From positions 33,022 to 97,021 of the forward strand of contig CABYDS010000003.1 of assembly GCA_902517745.1 (NCBI GenBank): a stretch of DNA of 64,000 bases, written 5' to 3'. Each line of letters begins with the position of its first letter. Position 1 is the stretch's first letter. The position numbers and the translations under genes are program-made. The stretch comes from an uncultured Pelagibacteraceae bacterium. Its GTDB lineage: Bacteria; Pseudomonadota; Alphaproteobacteria; Pelagibacterales; Pelagibacteraceae. The notes beneath the pieces were generated by a model, which searched no databases, was not told the DNA's origin, and saw only the letters and a program-made list of their open reading frames with translations. Below, one piece after another: positions 63,601 through 64,000 of this stretch.

Positions 63601-64000
63601 TGTCAGATACAAAAAATCTTAATCATAACAGAAAAAAAGACTTTTTAAGTAAAGAGGTTGAACATATTGATATTACATCTTTTGACTCTAGAAAAATTAT
63701 ATCTTCTATGGAAAAAATGTCTTTTGTTTCAAGAGAAACTGCTAATGCATCCAAGATATATAATGAAATGCTTAAAGATAAAGATTGTACAATATTCTTA
63801 ACTCTTGCAGGGTCTACTTCTGCCGCTGGATGTATGCATATTTATAGAGATATGGTTAAATACAACATGGTAGATGCAATTGTAGCAACTGGAGCATCTA
63901 TAATAGATATGGATTTTTTTGAAGCGCTTGGATTTAAACATTACCAAGGATCACAATATCAAAATGATAATGAACTTAGAGACAATTATATAGATAGGAT
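63600..64000 (+). CDS. Deoxyhypusine-synthase-like protein (3' truncated by window edge)
   Basis: ATG overlaps the decarboxylase stop (TAATG). Reads MSDTK...EVEHIDITSFD...IFLTLAGSTSAAG...VDAIVATGASIIDMDFFEALGFKHYQG and is open to the window end. Not in the ORF track. Confidence 0.88.
   Translation, partial: MSDTKNLNHNRKKDFLSKEVEHIDITSFDSRKIISSMEKMSFVSRETANASKIYNEMLKDKDCTIFLTLAGSTSAAGCMHIYRDMVKYNMVDAIVATGASIIDMDFFEALGFKHYQGSQYQNDNELRDNYIDR

Overview
AT-rich, extremely compact alphaproteobacterial chromosome segment. Gene content, order and compaction point to Candidatus Pelagibacter (SAR11); this is an inference, not a database match. The window is almost all core or housekeeping genes: lipid A cluster (msbA-waaA-lpxK-lpxL), purD, pgi, ribF-ileS-lspA, groESL, typA, tldD/pmbA, aceA with a divergent RamB/ScfR-family regulator, cfa-like, ptrB, hsp20, a nucleoside-type ABC importer with a phosphoribosyltransferase, msrA-sseA-RND pump, gpmA, the chvI-chvG-ahcY-tsaE-amgK-murU block, polA, bioY, regA, and an ornithine decarboxylase followed by a deoxyhypusine-synthase-like gene. 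I saw no rRNA, tRNA, CRISPR array, prophage or IS. Ten homopolymer frameshifts split 8 genes, several essential, all within 1.2-21.7 kb; these are most likely sequencing or assembly errors. Most interesting observations: (1) a probably leaderless 53-aa ORF missing from the ORF track that forms the leader of aceA, under an array of TTTACAAA boxes facing the RamB-like regulator; (2) an RND adaptor protein with no alpha-hairpin and an unusual amphipathic tail; (3) the same RpoH-type promoter in front of groES, hsp20 and, unexpectedly, regA; (4) a ROSE-like RNA thermometer on hsp20; (5) a protein with a 36-Lys N-terminus plus a long charged helix. I cannot establish from sequence alone that any of these is undescribed.
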